Shown one piece after another: positions 10,446 through 25,600 of a stretch of DNA of 64,000 bases. The stretch's first letter is position 1, and each line of letters begins with the position of its first letter. The stretch spans positions 67,518,001-67,582,000 of the forward strand of contig OZ076409.1 in the NCBI GenBank assembly GCA_964187785.1, read 5' to 3'. The position numbers were made by a program, and so were the translations under genes. The notes under the pieces were generated by a model. It worked only from the letters and a program-made list of their open reading frames with translations. It did not search any database and was not told the origin of the DNA. The DNA comes from Amphiscolops sp. MND2022 (lineage: Eukaryota).

Positions 10446-12610
10446 GGATCCATGGATGATCATGTATCAGAACCCGGGTCGACCCTCCATGGATATCTTA
10501 GTAAGAACTTGGCAAGATCTTGCCAAGATCTTGGAAAAATCTTAGCTAAGATCGTGACAAGATATTGCCAAGAATTGCAAGATGCCATGGTAACATCTTA
10601 TCAAGAGAGCCATGTTTCCAAGAAAAATCTTACTAAGAAGCCCAATATGGCAAGAAAAATCTAACTAAGAAGCCGAATATGGCAAGAAAAAAATTGCTAC
10701 GAACTGCTCGATATCGAGAAAAAGTAGAATCGGAGAACCATTAAATTAAGAGTTATGGAAAAATAATCTAGACATCACTCAAAACAAAATTACTAAATGA
10801 TTTTTACAACCATTTCGACATCGATATTATTCTTTCAATTGCAAAACTGTCGACAACAAAGCCTTGAGCTGATTCATTACCCAAATTAGAGCAATGACCG
10901 CCGTTTCTAGCAGTAATAAGGCTGCTGAAATAGGCTCAAAGAAAGCTGGAAAAATGATTTTTACAAAAATTTCAGGATTTTAAGGTCTTTCCTTTGTAAC
11001 TTTCCGATAGTGGGTCTGGACGTTTGAGAGCATATTTCTCCGCCTCTGGAATCGACAGCAGTGATAAATTACAAGTTTTGGAAAGCTTTTGAAATGACCT
11101 TTCATTTGGTACATTCGCATTTCTCAGTCCTAAATAGGTGAGGTGAGGCTGCTTGTACCGAAGGTATAGTGTTTTTTTATAATCTTGGATCCATGGTTGC
11201 CAAGATGTAGTAAGAATTTGGCAAGATCTTGCCAAGACAGCCAAGATGCTAGCAAGAGGGTCAACCCGGGAAGCTATTATGCCATGGATGATCATGGCGG
11301 AAAGCTCCCTAATTTCCTTTTTTTGGTGAAAGTGATTCTCTTAAACACTAAAACAGAAAATTAGTTGGAGAAATTGGACAAACTAAAGTTAGTAGTTCCA
11401 CGACAAAAAGGGACGATATGTCAAGTCGTAGAAAACTTAGTTTCATAAAATTACGCAATGAATATGATTCAACCAGTTGACTTCGAAACACTTTTTGAAA
11501 GTTGCCCAGCTTTTATATTTTGGTATTTTCCTATAGTTTCAGTGTAAAATTTCATGTAAATAAAACTAGTTGCTTTCCAACTCTCCTGACTTTTGTTCGA
11601 TGAAATGCATAAATCATTTCGGACTTGCAAAAGGCTGCCATGGTTAACAAAACATATAGCTTCCTGTCATGGATGTTCATGAATCACTAGCCATGATTCG
11701 AATATAATGCCATGAAAAAGCCGAGAGAGAATAAGCCATGATGGTCAACCTGGGCGTGCTATTTTCATTACATGGCTACCCAGTGTAAAAACCCTTGGAT
11801 TTCTTACCAAGATCTTGGATTTTCTTACAAAATCCTGCTACCTCTCGAATTTCTTGATAAGATCTTGGAAAGTCTTACTTCTTCCAAAAAATCTTGAATT
11901 TCTTGACAAGAATCTTGCCAAGATTCTTATCAAGATATCCGGGAGGTGAAAATTACGATTATTTCAAAATTCAGTGCGATTTCACAAAATGTTGAATTAG
12001 GCCTGTTTACAGTAATTTTGGATCCTGTTTTCAATCCTTTTAGATCATAACTTTGCTTAATTCACATCTGAATTTGCAATTGTTAGAGCAGAATCCAACG
12101 ATTTTCCAACTTCAGCTGCATTTTTAGACCTTTCATGATCAATTTTGGGTCTGAAACATGTAATTTTTAGATCCTCGATACATACCAAGTGGATGTTGTT
12201 TTCATTCCTTTTAGATCATGATTTTGCTTAATTCAGATCTTAATTTGCAATTATGAGAGCAAAATTCAATGATTTTCCAACTTCAGCTGCATTTTTCGAT
12301 CTTTCGTGATCAGATTCGGGTCTAAATTTGTAATTTTTAGATCCTAATTCCATAATGCTGGATATTTTTGATAATGTTTAGCTCATTTGCCGAGACTTTT
12401 GAATGTTTTATGATGACTAAGGTTTTAAACGGGGATCTTGAATCATTTGCATTTTCTTGCCTATTCTTAGTTTCTCTTGAAACTCTTGATAAGAATCTTG
12501 GGATTTCTAGAATTTCTTGGCACGATCTTGCAAGATCTTGCAAATTCTTGGATTTCTTGGTAAGTGTCTTGGCAAGATTCTTACCAAGAAATCCAAGAAT
12601 ATCCAAGGTT
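10446..12610. repeat. Cluster of palindromic GGCAAGATCTTGCC / CCATGGATGATCATG repeats (MITE-like family)
   Basis: Motif blocks at ~10450-10700, 11185-11300, 11640-11940 and 12440-12610; inverted CCCGGGT(C/T)GACC termini at ~10473 and ~11259; related block at ~14515-14600. Confidence 0.65.
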
Positions 12611-13579
12611 CGTATCAAAGTTTTTATACTGGGTATGCTGTGTACAAAACCGCTTACATCTCCAAACTACTCACAACAAATTCTATTTCCTTCATTAGGT
12701 GAACCATTTTAAGTCGCTTTCTCATAAATAATACCGTTACAGAGTTGGTTGATAAAAGCAAATCTCCCAACACTTGAGGTTCAATATTTGCTTCTCTACA
12801 GACTGCCGAAGTTGCATCTCCGCAACTAGCAGATTTTGCGTATACGTCATCTATCCTGCTGTATCAGTTTCATCGCTAACTCTTATTGGTAACAGATTAG
12901 ATCCACACAAAGTTGTTTTACCAAAACACTGGAAGTTCATCTGGGTGAAAGAAGAGCTTCAAGGAAAGAGATTTCTACATTTAACGTAGTGAATGTGGGT
13001 TGAGAATTTCTGGGTTTCACGTTTTAGTTGCAAATTTCGATAATCACATTTTTGAAGATCGAAAAAAATGTTGACACATTTTTGACGTTGGGACGCTAAA
13101 TGGTTGAAATTTGAAGTATCCAGTTTCGGTAGTGCTACAAGCTGCTTCTGATGATCCGTAACCGTGGCCAAAACATGTCTCAGTTCTGCTGGGTGACCTG
13201 GCATGCTAAATTTTGCCCAGTCTGTGAACATCTATATACAAAACGAAGTATTTTGAGTGAAGTTTATTAACCTTTCGAATCAGAGTACACTCAGTCACTT
13301 GCTTATGGTATAATCGTTTTCTCAAATATGTCCGTTACACACGATATACCTGACATACTTTGCTGGAAGAAAATAACTAACAAATGGTTGATCAAATTCC
13401 ATAATTATTGAGCACTTTGGTTAGTCATCTGTTATTTGTTTGTCATTTCAGGCATTATTTATATTCCTATCATTCTTCCTTGAGCTTGATGCAATCTTGA
13501 TTGAAAGAAGCTATTGAGAACGCTGGATTACAGGTTTGTTACAAATATTTTTGCTGAAGTCGTCCTGTGAAGATTGAAG

Positions 13580-13674
13580 ATGGCCTCTGTGAAGATGGCG
13601 ACGGGAACTGTGTCTGTTACCATCGATGGGATGGATCTCAACACATCTACAGATGTAGACGGAGATATCAACGA
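13580..13674 (+). CDS. ABCB1: ABCB1-like exon 1 (putative start, MASVKMATG...)
   Basis: ATG at 13580, GTAAGT donor, phase 2 matches the next exon; N-terminus is not conserved, so less certain. Confidence 0.6.
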
Positions 13675-16600
13675 GTAAGTATGCGAAACAACGGCTTGAG
13701 TATTATTTTAATATATTTTTAATTTCTTTACAAAACTACTTTGAACAAAACTGAAACGGTTCGACGGATATTAAACTCATAGCGATGACAATTTTACTGC
13801 ATAGCAAAGTTTTGATATTAAGTTTTGTTAATTAAAAAAGGAAGTGGTTTTGATTACACTTACAAATAATCAAAAATACCGTTGCTCTGTCGACTGTTTT
13901 TCACAGATTCAAAAAATAGGAAGTTTTTTGAAAAGTTCAAAATGGAATTATAAATCTGAGATAACTACTACTCAGTGTATTTCTAAATCAGGTGTTTCCT
14001 TTAAAAATGGATAAGATTCAGCAAAAAGTGTCAAAACATACATTACTTCCAAATTATATGCATTTTGATAGTGCATTGGCTACTTCTGAGCCTCAAAATC
14101 ATGTCGTAGTAGAACAATTTGGGGCGGAAATCATCCTTCTTGTCAGCGGGGGTCTTAGCCATTTTTCCAACATTAATTTCATATTTAAAAAACAGAAAAT
14201 TAACTTTTATTAATTTATTATTAAATTTTATTATTATATAAAATATCATCAGATATTTTATATTCGAGTTCTTTCCATAGATTTCAACGACGAAAAAGAC
14301 GGTTTCTAGTATACATAATGATGGAAACTTTTTTGACATATAGGGAATATTGGCAATGTTCGAGATTTCGGATTGCTTTGACGGTGAATTTGTTTAAGGC
14401 AATGGATATCTCGAGTCTCAACAGGAATCTTATTTCTCTCATTGCCAGGAAACAAATCTATAACGGAATTAAATTATCGGATTCCCCAGGTCGTCAGAAC
14501 ACACTCACCGTACTATGATCATGATCTTGCCAAGATCTTACCATGGCGACCATGTGTCATTGAATGCTTTTACTATGACCACCATGTTTCATACTGTGAA
14601 AATAGTATGAAAACAATGTTTCAAGAGAAAAAAACGTAGTAGAAATGTCGGACATGCCGGTCACTTGTGCATATAGCACGCAAAAATTACTTTCCGAAGT
14701 CATTATGCTGTATTTTCAAGGAGGCTCTCAGCTCCAGAGATCAAGAACTTGCCCTCCTTTGGGTCTCAAGTATAGAAAAATTGTACCACTTTTAGACGTC
14801 AATCTTTAGACGGTATTCGCGCTAAGAGGGATTCATTTAGATGTTATTCCTAAAACATCATTCGCGCTTTTACTACAGCTACTTTTTGGATTGAAACGTC
14901 ACCGAAAATGCCCTCCAAAACAATGACGCTACCTAAAATGAGCAAAAATTCTGTGGGAAGCACAGAAGTTTTATCTATTCATGAAAACAGTTCAAATCTG
15001 CACTTAGATATACTAAGATCGATGGAACATGAATACAGAACGACCATAATATCTACTTCCTGGATTATAAAAACCAGAAATACCTCAAAAAAAGAAAAAA
15101 ATCCCACCTATCTGGCGACTTCAGGAAACGCTTTGCCGAAAAGCATCCTGAAGGCTACCACCCAGGCCGTTGAGATCCATATAATAGAAAATAAACCAGA
15201 ACGTTGATAAAATGACTTCCAATAATAACCGATTTCCAATATTAATGGCTAGGTAGAAACCGATTTTATCGGAACATATTGTCGCCGGTTACCGACGGCG
15301 ACGGTAACGCCTACCAAATTACCCCCAGAAGATGATCGCTCAAATCCTCCAGTGGTACTACTTCTATAGATGGAAAATTCGGAAAACTCTCATCATATGC
15401 TCTTCATATGCAAATTATATATTTTGCTCACAATTTTATCACCATGGTATTGCGGACTTAAGGTTAGTTTGACTGCACCAAACTAAAAGTCCAAGTTCCA
15501 TTCTACCATTATCTGAACATTGCCGTTGTATTTATACATAACTCTTGCTGAGAACTAATACTTACTTGATTGCTGTTGAATTTTGACTCAGCAGTATGAA
15601 TCAACTACAATGTAACATTGATAGCTGGTAAAATTAAGGAAATACTTTCAACTGGACGATGCTCTAGTTCGGTTGACTCGTTGTCCAAATTACAACCAGC
15701 CAATAACAGTGCACCGTTAGTTGTACATTTAGAATTATTTCAGTGACTTGGGCGTAACGTCCAAACTGCTGTTGATGCAATTACTTAGAGCCTTAGAGCT
15801 ATTCAGAACACGAAATCATTTAGTCATCTTAATCTTTATTTTGATTTGTCCCCATTAGGTATGAATTGTTAGGGTCTGCGCTGTTACTATTTTAGAATTG
15901 CTGTGGATAATGGCATAAGTTTGGGTTAAATTTTAGACTGTTGGTAATCACTAAGACGTCATATCTCTATTTGGATCGATGACACTCTACCTTAGGTATT
16001 TCATTGTACGCCAAGTACATATACCTGCTACCCTTGTGTGAAAAATCAATGTTGAATTGTCACCACTACATTGCAAACTCCTAGTTTCTGACATATTGTA
16101 ATGAATACTAGCTGAGTATTCAAGCTTGAAATCATACTTGCATTTTGGAATTCCTTCTTTTAGGAAACAAAAGGCTAATGACAAGCGTTCGAGACAATCG
16201 GGTGTTATGTCTGATTCGGAAATATGGAAGTAACGCTAGGAAATTTGCCTAGAAGGGAATTTGGACTGACAAGCTGACAGTGAGATTGAAGTGGACCTAG
16301 AGTTGAGTGGATTACACACGAATACTACTCTTATTGGTGAAGATTTCAGGTCCTTGTTAAATACAAAAAGTTGTGGAAGAAGTGGGATTACCGCTGAAAT
16401 GACTAAAATGATAAGTTCTGGTATCGCTAGTCAATTGTCCAAGGAATTAGAGCAAATCAAATCAGATTTTTATTCACAGATACTTCTAGCTATTAACCCA
16501 GCAAATACTGAAAAAGTACTTTCAACACTTCAAATTAGCCTAGGAATATATGATAGCGGGATAGGCGCGAAAGTGGACTTCCTGTCAAACAGACTCCGTA

Positions 16601-19600
16601 GGAACCCCGGGTTTGAAACCACCCGCAAAACGCGGGACTACCCTACAGTTGGTCCTGATCAATGCAACTATGAAAAGCTCAGAAGAGGGAGTCAAGTAGT
16701 TTCTCAAGAAAGCGATCTAGCTTACGACACATATGTTCAGTCATACTATTATCATAGTCACCAACATGGTTTTCAAAATATGACCATACTATGATCATAC
16801 TAAGACAATCACCTTCTAGCATGAACATACTATGACATGTAGAATGAACATACTTTGACATTCAAGGTTTGTAAACTAGCCTTTAGTCCGACAACGCCAT
16901 TTCAATATTTGTTTATACTTTTTGTATATTACAGGCCGCATGCTACTTACGTTTCCCCAGAAGAACCCAGAAATGGATCCAAGGTTTCGCAATCATTGGC
17001 TTACTTCCAAGTAGTAAGTACTAATTAACTGAAGTTTTTAACATCTTTGCAAAAGTTTCAAAAAATCGTTTGCAACGAAAGTTGGCCATACTCTTTCTTT
17101 TATACTCAAAAAACGAATAATATCTACCTAGTCTTCAGCAAAAAAATCTAGTTAGTGCAAAATTTTAAGGAAAAAGTCTGAAGGTTTCAAGGAAGAAGAA
17201 CTCAAAAACAAAAAAGTCAAAAATGATTATCGCTTTAAAAATTAAAATTTTCTAGCAAGTTCTCAACTCGTTTCAGGATGCATGTTGCTAAGTTATTCTC
17301 GATCAAACACTTCACTGTGCTTAGCGGGAAGCACTTCTCAATCTTAACTTTCTCCAAGTTAGCTTAGCAAAAACATTGATCAACAGTTATTATTATTAAT
17401 ATTATTCGGATGCAAGCTGCATACATTTTGCTGCTTGAAAATTAGGCAGGTATGTCCCCTGTAAATGTACTTTGGAAAATAGTGGGCAGGAAATTGTATA
17501 AATATACTGAGTTGCTCGAGAACATCATTAAAACAAACGTCTATTTCTCGAAAATTTTTTCTCCCATTTCCAATGGAATCACGCCATGTACCCTTCAAGA
17601 AATGCTAAACACACGAACGATTGTACACTTTTGACCCGGGTACCTGGAAACAAATTATGGACTCTTAAAATGGAGAAATTGAAAAAGTGCCATTTTCTTC
17701 AACAGAAATAGATTCTGACCAATTTTTGAAAGATTTTGTCAGCCCTTGTTCCCAGTTCTTACAATGGATTCAGAAAGACGTATGCAAAAATTGAGTTAAA
17801 TCTGACTAACCGATACCAAAATTGGTTTCTGGTGTTTTGAAACTTGTGAGAATCTCTCACATCTCCCATGAACGAGACGCATCTACTGAAAACAGTGCGT
17901 AACGGTTCAAACAGTGTAAAATCGGAGAAAAGTGGAATTTTTTCGTCAGATTAATGCAAAGACGTATGGCAGATTTGGCAAATTGTTTCAACTTATCTTA
18001 AATTGCAGAATTGTGATAATTTTAAGGCTCAAATATCGCTTAAAATTGCCATCATATTCTGATATGAAAACCACTGGGAAAACGTTTAGAGTCGAGTTGA
18101 TTTGATCTTTATGGAAAGTATAGTGACGTAATTTTAGAATCTGGTGGTTATTTGTTCACATAATTCAACATCAGGTCATTGTGACCTATAACGTTTTTCT
18201 CTTGACACAAAACATCATTCATGTTTGGGTCGTAATAACTTTTTTGTCACATAATTGATTACATGAACTTTTAAAGGCATAGGTAATTGAACATCACAAC
18301 AAACAGTAGAAAGGAAAGATACTTTCATTTATTATTGTCTGCGTCTATTAGTTGGTGCATCTTAGCCGAAAACGAGAGCGACTGTTACCGTGGTAAGTTT
18401 TTTTCGTCAAGTAACAGAATGTATGCGTAGTGGATATTATTTACAGAAACTACTAAACTACTGGACCGACCAAGTCCAGCCAGCGGAAACGCACCTAAGT
18501 TGGTGCAAAAGGGTCCCTCTCTCATTGATTCCCTTTTCAACGTAACATACAAAACCGGACGAGACTAAAGAGTTCGATTTTTCGATATTTTGCAACAAAT
18601 TGGATGTTGAAAAGCCGAAAGAAAGAAATGCATTATAGGATCGAAAAGAAACAAAATGTTAACGTTCCTGAGTTGTACGTTTCGATGCATTTTCTGTAGG
18701 TTATCAACTACGCCTGAGCCCTAAAATTATGTTGTCGTTGAAATAATTCACAGCGGAAGTTGTCCCGGTTGTCAATGTGCGTATCGTTTCAGTTTTCCTT
18801 AGCCTCTAAGTTGGACATAGTTCTCCTTCTGATGGGTGTGTTGTTCTCTGTGATCAGTGGGTTGGCCTTCCCCTGCTTCGTGTATTTGATGAGCGCCCTT
18901 TTAGAGGAGATGCTTGTCCCTATGACACCTTTGGGCGAGCCTTCCTTGAATGGAACGACTGCCACTCCAGCCAGTGTTACTGGACCCTCCAGCTCCACCG
19001 TCGGGGATGATATGGATGCAAGATGTTAGAAGCCAATTTATCCAGTCATTTGTGCGTAGATCTGGCGTTCGAAAAGAAACACTACTGCCCACCCTGGTCG
19101 AACCTGCCGGAAAATTTTCCATATTTCATCCATGCTTGCCCACTATGCATATAAAAACCTTCGAAATGGTCTTGAGACATTAAACAGCTTAAAAACAGTA
19201 TAACTCCGGAAAATATTACCATTGACATTTTCTCTAAGAATTGGCACGTTATGAGATGGGAAATTAGGATAGAATTCAAAAGTTATCAAAGTATCCAAAA
19301 GGGGCAAAAAAATTGCCTAACAACTGCGTTTTCAACTAACTTCTTTTATGTTTCATTAAAATTGATTTCAGTGAAGCGGATGTTTGAAGGATTTGAGGAC
19401 AACGTGGGTACATTGTGTATAAAGATGTCTCTTCTTGCGCTTGTCGTTTTCATCTTGGCCTATTTACAAGTGAGAATCTCCATCAGATAATTTAACACTT
19501 GAAACGAATTTTTAAACAATCCTTTTTGATACATTTGTACTTGCTGAGAGCTGTGCAGTGGGATTCCACCGAAACTGTTGTCGAAATATAGTTTCAAAAT

Positions 19601-22600
19601 CTTTGTACAGTAACTCAATCTTTGTACAATGAATTTTGTACAGTAATTCACTGTTTTTGTAGTAACAAAAATTTGGCCTTTCAATTGATTCAATTGAATC
19701 TTATCAAAAATTTCTTTATGACTTGAATCACTTGCCATCTACTTCATGGAAAATTCTGATCTGTAAAATGTAGTATTTTGTTTAACCTGAAACCCAGCAT
19801 CAGTTTTTATTTAAAGTACAACTTGCGCGCTGTCGATTATCACAAAGGTTTATATTTGTCAAGAAAATTTAGAAGCTAAATGAACTTGATCGGAAAAAAC
19901 TATTATTATATTATCACCTCTTTTTGAAAAAATACAGCACTTTGATTCAATTTTACAAAGTGGTTTTTTTACGTCAGATCGAATTTGACGGAAGATGTTT
20001 AAAGACCAATTAACATGAGATTTTGGTTGCAGATGGCGTTTGTGACCTCGGCTGGTGAGAACATCATCTACAGACTGAGAAGACTATGTTTCCAGGCAGT
20101 GCTCAGACAAGACATTGGGTGGTTCGACCAACAACAGACTGGGGCACTTATAGTCAGACTAACCAGGTTAACAATTCATCATGACGTATACTAAATAAAT
20201 CCAGGAAACATCAATGAATAACCATGTTATTAAAACTTGAACAGTAGGATATATCTTGTTTTTGATGGTATTTAAAGATGATACTGAAGTCTAATCAAAA
20301 AGGTCGAAGCAAATAACCGTGCGACTGGTTCTTCTTCTGTAAGCGCATTCGTGTTCAATGGATGTCCAATTTCAATGGTATGCAATTGTTGACGTGGAAC
20401 TCAATTAGAATGAAACGAATTGAGGGATAGATGTGAATTGATGATGAATTTAGACTTTTAACGAACTGTCTTTTGATCTTAGGCTTGAACGCACTGAGGC
20501 GTAGTAGATGTTAGAGTTAGACAATGTTACTGGTACTTGTTTACATACATATTGTTTGAATCAATTCATCGCTCTACTACACTCCCCCTTTTTGGGCATA
20601 ACACACAGCTTTAAAAAGTAACTCAAATTAAAAACAGTAAGCAGTTTAAATAGTTCGCTAGGATATAGCCAGCACTAGAAACTCAAATTGTTTGGTGCTG
20701 AGACACAAGCATCGACATGTGTCAATCCAACAAGTGTCTACGATAAACCTTGGCGAACGATGTGACACAAAACTACCTGCCAATGATCTTATGTTCTGAA
20801 GTCATGTACTTACAAGATAGATACACTTACGATGATAAAGTACAGTTGCTTGATACAGTTTATGTTACTTTGAATCATTCCATTTTAATTCACTCTTTGA
20901 ACTTTTCCTGACTTACATGGCACAGTCAGCAATCTGATCAAAACAATGGATAACAACAACACCAATCCGAGCCTAAATGAAGGTGAGCCGAATATATCGG
21001 AACGATCATCCAGAACAAACAACACTACAACATCGTCAGAACGGATGGAGAAAACCAAATACAAAATTCCCATACTATCAGACAGGGAAACAGACCTCAC
21101 CAAAATCAATCCCAAAATGTGGTGGGAGCAGATTTCGGAATACATCCATTTGACATATAACCGAAATCTAGAAGAAATTATCGATGAAGGGACAGAATAC
21201 ATGGATCCCCACACAGTCTACCACATTAAAGGTGATGTTATTTGGGCACTTGGCCCAAAGGCCAAGCATGAAATCATGAGAGGCCAATGGGGCCGTGAAC
21301 TGAAAGAAGTGAATCTTCCCGAATTACTAACCCTATTCAAGAAAACTTTCCTCCCTGCAAGAAATGTTTTTCATAGCCGGGCACAGTTCTTTAACATGAA
21401 ACAAGAAGATAACGAAACACTCGATGAATACTGGAAGAGACTCGTAGACATCGAGAGAAAGTGCGACTTCGGCAACATCACAGCAGAGGAAATTATTACA
21501 TACAAATTTGCATCAACAATAAAAGACAAAAAAGCCCGTGATAAATTCATAAGAGGCCCCCTGAAATTACAATTCGTTCTCGACACGATAGAACTTGATA
21601 ATTACAACCGAAAGTACGGGGATAAGAGGCCGAAAAGCAAAAAAGCCCGGAAAGATTCATCAAACAGCTCAACATCCACCGAACTGATCGGTCATACCAA
21701 CCAGCCACGGAAACGCAAAACAAATTTTACCGAAAAGAAAAAATTTTCAAACCGGGATTGCCGCTTTTGCGGAAAACCAAACTGGTCAATGGAACATATT
21801 TGCCCGGCACGGAAGGCCCAATGCAACAATTGTAAAAAGATGGGACATTTTGCCAAAGTATGCAAATCCAAGACCGTCAGCCGGATAAAAGAAATGGTTT
21901 CATCGGACAGCAGTACCGAACCATGGCCGGAAATTGATCACATTCAGTCCGTCAACGGTGTGAACCGTATTGACTTTTACAAAGCAATCCTATTGGTCCA
22001 TGGCCAACCAATAGAATTCATCATTGATACAGGCTCACCCGTGACCATCATACCTCCAATTATCACACCAAAAGACATAAAGAAAACGACAAAAACATTT
22101 GTTGACGTGAATAAAAACCCCATCAAATTCAAAGGCGAGGCGATGGTCGAAGTGAAAACGGAAAAAAAGTAAAGAGACACTACCTATCCTGATCACAGAG
22201 AACAAAAACACGCAACCACTGTTGGGATTAGACTGGCTGGACAAATTGGAAATTGGATTACAAGGCAGCAAAAAGACAAATGTGATCCGCTATGTGGAAG
22301 AAGACGATAGACGAAAAAAAATTATCAGCGAACACGAAGACTTATTCAAAAATAACCACACCATAAAAGACCTAACGATTGACATCCAGCTGAAGGAAGA
22401 TGTAAAGCCCATACAACAAAAGGGACGACCAGTTCCCATACACTTTCAAAAAAATGTCCGAGATGAACTAGAGAAACTTATCAAATCGGGACACATCGAG
22501 AAAGCGGATGAAACCACAGAAAATTGCTTTATTTCCCCCGCTGTCATTACCATCAAAAAGGACAAGTCGGTCAAAATTGCTCTGGATTCAAGAAAACTTA

Positions 22601-25600
22601 ACGAGGCATGCATAAAGCGAAAAGCAGCAATGCCAAACATGGAGGAATTAATCAGCAAAATCTCCGCTAAAATAACTAACGGCGAAGGCGAAATCTGGAT
22701 GTCTAAGATAGACCTAGATTACGCCTATGGTCAGGCAAAATTGGCAAAAGAAGCAGCCAAACACTGTGTATTTTCAATTATTGGCGGAGACTTCACTGGT
22801 CATTATCGCTTCAAGAAAGGTTTTTATGGATTATCCGACATTCCAACGGTATTCCAGGAACACATCGACAAGGTGCTAGAATTCAAAACCCCCGCCTGGC
22901 TAGATGACATCATTTGCGTGACGAATGGAAGCATTGATGATCATGAAAAAAAATTACGAGAAGTCCTGAAGAAATTGCAAAACGCCGGATACCGAGCCAG
23001 TGAAAAGAAAACAGAATTGTTCAAAAAAGAACTAACCTGGCTCGGCTACTTTATTAATCAGAATGGCGTAAAACCAATTAAGGACAAGACGGAGGCGATC
23101 ACGAAATTAGCCGCACCGAAAAACGCGAAGGAGTTAAAATCCTTCCTTGGATCGATACAACACTTGTCCAAATTTATCAATAATTTGTCAAAGAAAACCG
23201 ACCGAATGAGAAGATTACTCAAAAAGGATGTCAAATGGGAGTGGACAACAGAAATAGACGATGACTTTGAACAAATGAAAAAAGAAATTACGGAAGCTCC
23301 GTGTTTGGCCCACTTCGACCCAAAAAGGGATAACTATATCACAACAGACGCTTGCAACACTGGACTGGGAGCGACCCTGTGGCAGAAGGAAGGTATAGTA
23401 TTCAGGCCCATAGCTTTTGCCAGCAGATTTTTAACCGATTGCGAAAGAAAATACGCAATAAATGAACTAGAGCTTTTGGGAGCCTTATGGGGATTAGAGC
23501 ACTTCCGATATTACGTTTACGGTAAAAGAGTTAATTTGCTAACAGACCACCAGGCACTACAACCGTTACTGAAAAAGAATCGGGCACATAAACAATATAG
23601 CGCACGCTTGACTCGTTGGCTGGATAGATTGAGCCATTTCGATGTTAATATTCAATACACGGCCGGCAAAAACATTCCACTTACGGATTACCTAAGCCGT
23701 CATCCGATCGTACCGACCGAAATTGCCGAATTAGAAAACAAAGCGGACGGACAAAACGAAGCGGAAGCCGACGAAGAGTTCGTCGTTAACCAAATATACG
23801 GTCTGTTTGAATTCAATCGAGAGCGAGGAAGCATAAAGCGATTCACCGAACAACTGAACGCGAGAGAAAATTCCGACCAATCACAGCGCGACAAAATTTC
23901 ATGCGAACAGAACTCAAACACTCACTTGCTTAAAACTTCACCGCCGCCAGTTAACATTATCAATCGCGAATCATCAAATTCAAAAATGGACAAAGTCAAC
24001 GGCATTGACATGAATTTTATCTTCAAGAAAAGGGGCCACTCCCCAGAAACCAAACGCCTGTGGATCGAGAGAAACCACCTACTAAAGCCGGATCGGACAC
24101 GAATTGTCGGGAAAGGCAAGGAAAGTGAACGGATACAGGAGTATCGACCAAATCAGGCCAGCAGAAAAAGGATCGCAGAGATCAACATCAAAATCTACAA
24201 CCGCTTCTTCCGATACTGCGAAACACTCGAGACGACACCCCTGCTAGAATACCAGCAAAATAACAACGAATCTTGGCTGCAAAATAATCAATCAGATGGA
24301 GAAAGCGAGACCAGCCACATCAAACGAGACAAGTGCCCCACAAAAGCTTTAAAGAAATTCAAGAAGCACGAAACTGTAAACTTGATCCGACTTAAACAGA
24401 CAGCAATAAAAAACACACTCAGCAGCGATCAAAAGCAAGGTACAGAAGAAGCCATCAAAAGAGCGGAAAAGGATTTCGCGCTAGATATTCTACTGCTTGT
24501 CGACGAAACAGCACGAGATATAAAAATGCTCAATGCAATCGCGGCCATCGAAAACCAACAACCGGATAGCATTTTCTATCCCTATCGCCCACACCGGTCA
24601 CATCTGTCCACGAGATTTGGCCTATTGTTCTACAACGACAGGATAGTGATTCCGGAGAACATGCAGACAACGGTGATAGCCATGTTACATCACGGACATA
24701 TATCGGCGGGAAAAATGGAAAAATTAGCTGAAGCCTTCTGATGGCCAGGAATGAACCGCGAAATCCACGAGAAAGCCGAATCCTGCCCAAGCTGTAGAGC
24801 CGCAGGTAAAAATCTTGTTACTCAAATTCCGTCCACGGAGAAAAACAATTTAGATATTTTAACGGAACCCAATCAAGAAATCCAATTGGATTTCGCCGGT
24901 CCAATCAAATCAAAAACACGCGGCGACGTATACATTTTAGTAGCAATTGACCGCTTTAGCAAGTGGCCGACCGCACATATTTGCAAAAGCGCGGACACAC
25001 GTCAAAAAATTTTTTACTAAATATTTTACGGACAACGGGATACCACGGGTTATTCGAACCGATAACGGTAGCTGCTTTAAAAGCATCGAATTTAAACAAT
25101 TCTGTAAAGATCAAAATATTAAACGTATACGGTGCACTCCAAACTTACATACCGGCACCGGTCTGGTCGAACGAGCTATCCGGTCGATTAAATCACTTAC
25201 ACGAGCAAACATGGCAGACGGCTTAACCTTTGAAGATAGTGTCCAATTGGCGATAAGAACAATTAGACAAACGCCACACAGCAAATTGAAAATGACACCT
25301 TTCCAAATGCACTTAGGTAGAAAACCGCGCACCGCTCTGATCAATTTAATAGACAAGCCGGAATGTCTACTCTCTAATTGGAAGAGAACGTTGACCAATT
25401 ACGTTTTAGCCCAACCAACAGAACTACAGGTCGTCACTATCAATGATGCAGGAGGAGAACTGGCCGACTACCTTGTGCTAAACGAATCAAAGAAAAAAGG
25501 ACGTTCGGTAAGCCGGGATTTTAAAAACTACCAATTTTTTGAGAAGGAGAATAAACCGAATTCCATGAAATGTGGTTTTAAAACAAATAAGGTTTTAACA

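Noticed and set aside
10452-12712. ORFs rich in ARSCQDL / LARFL
   Set aside because: Artefacts of the palindromic AGATCTTG repeat family
14908-15207. 99-aa ORF in intron 1
   Set aside because: No motif, not in phase with the ABCB exon chain, within the chance range for this composition
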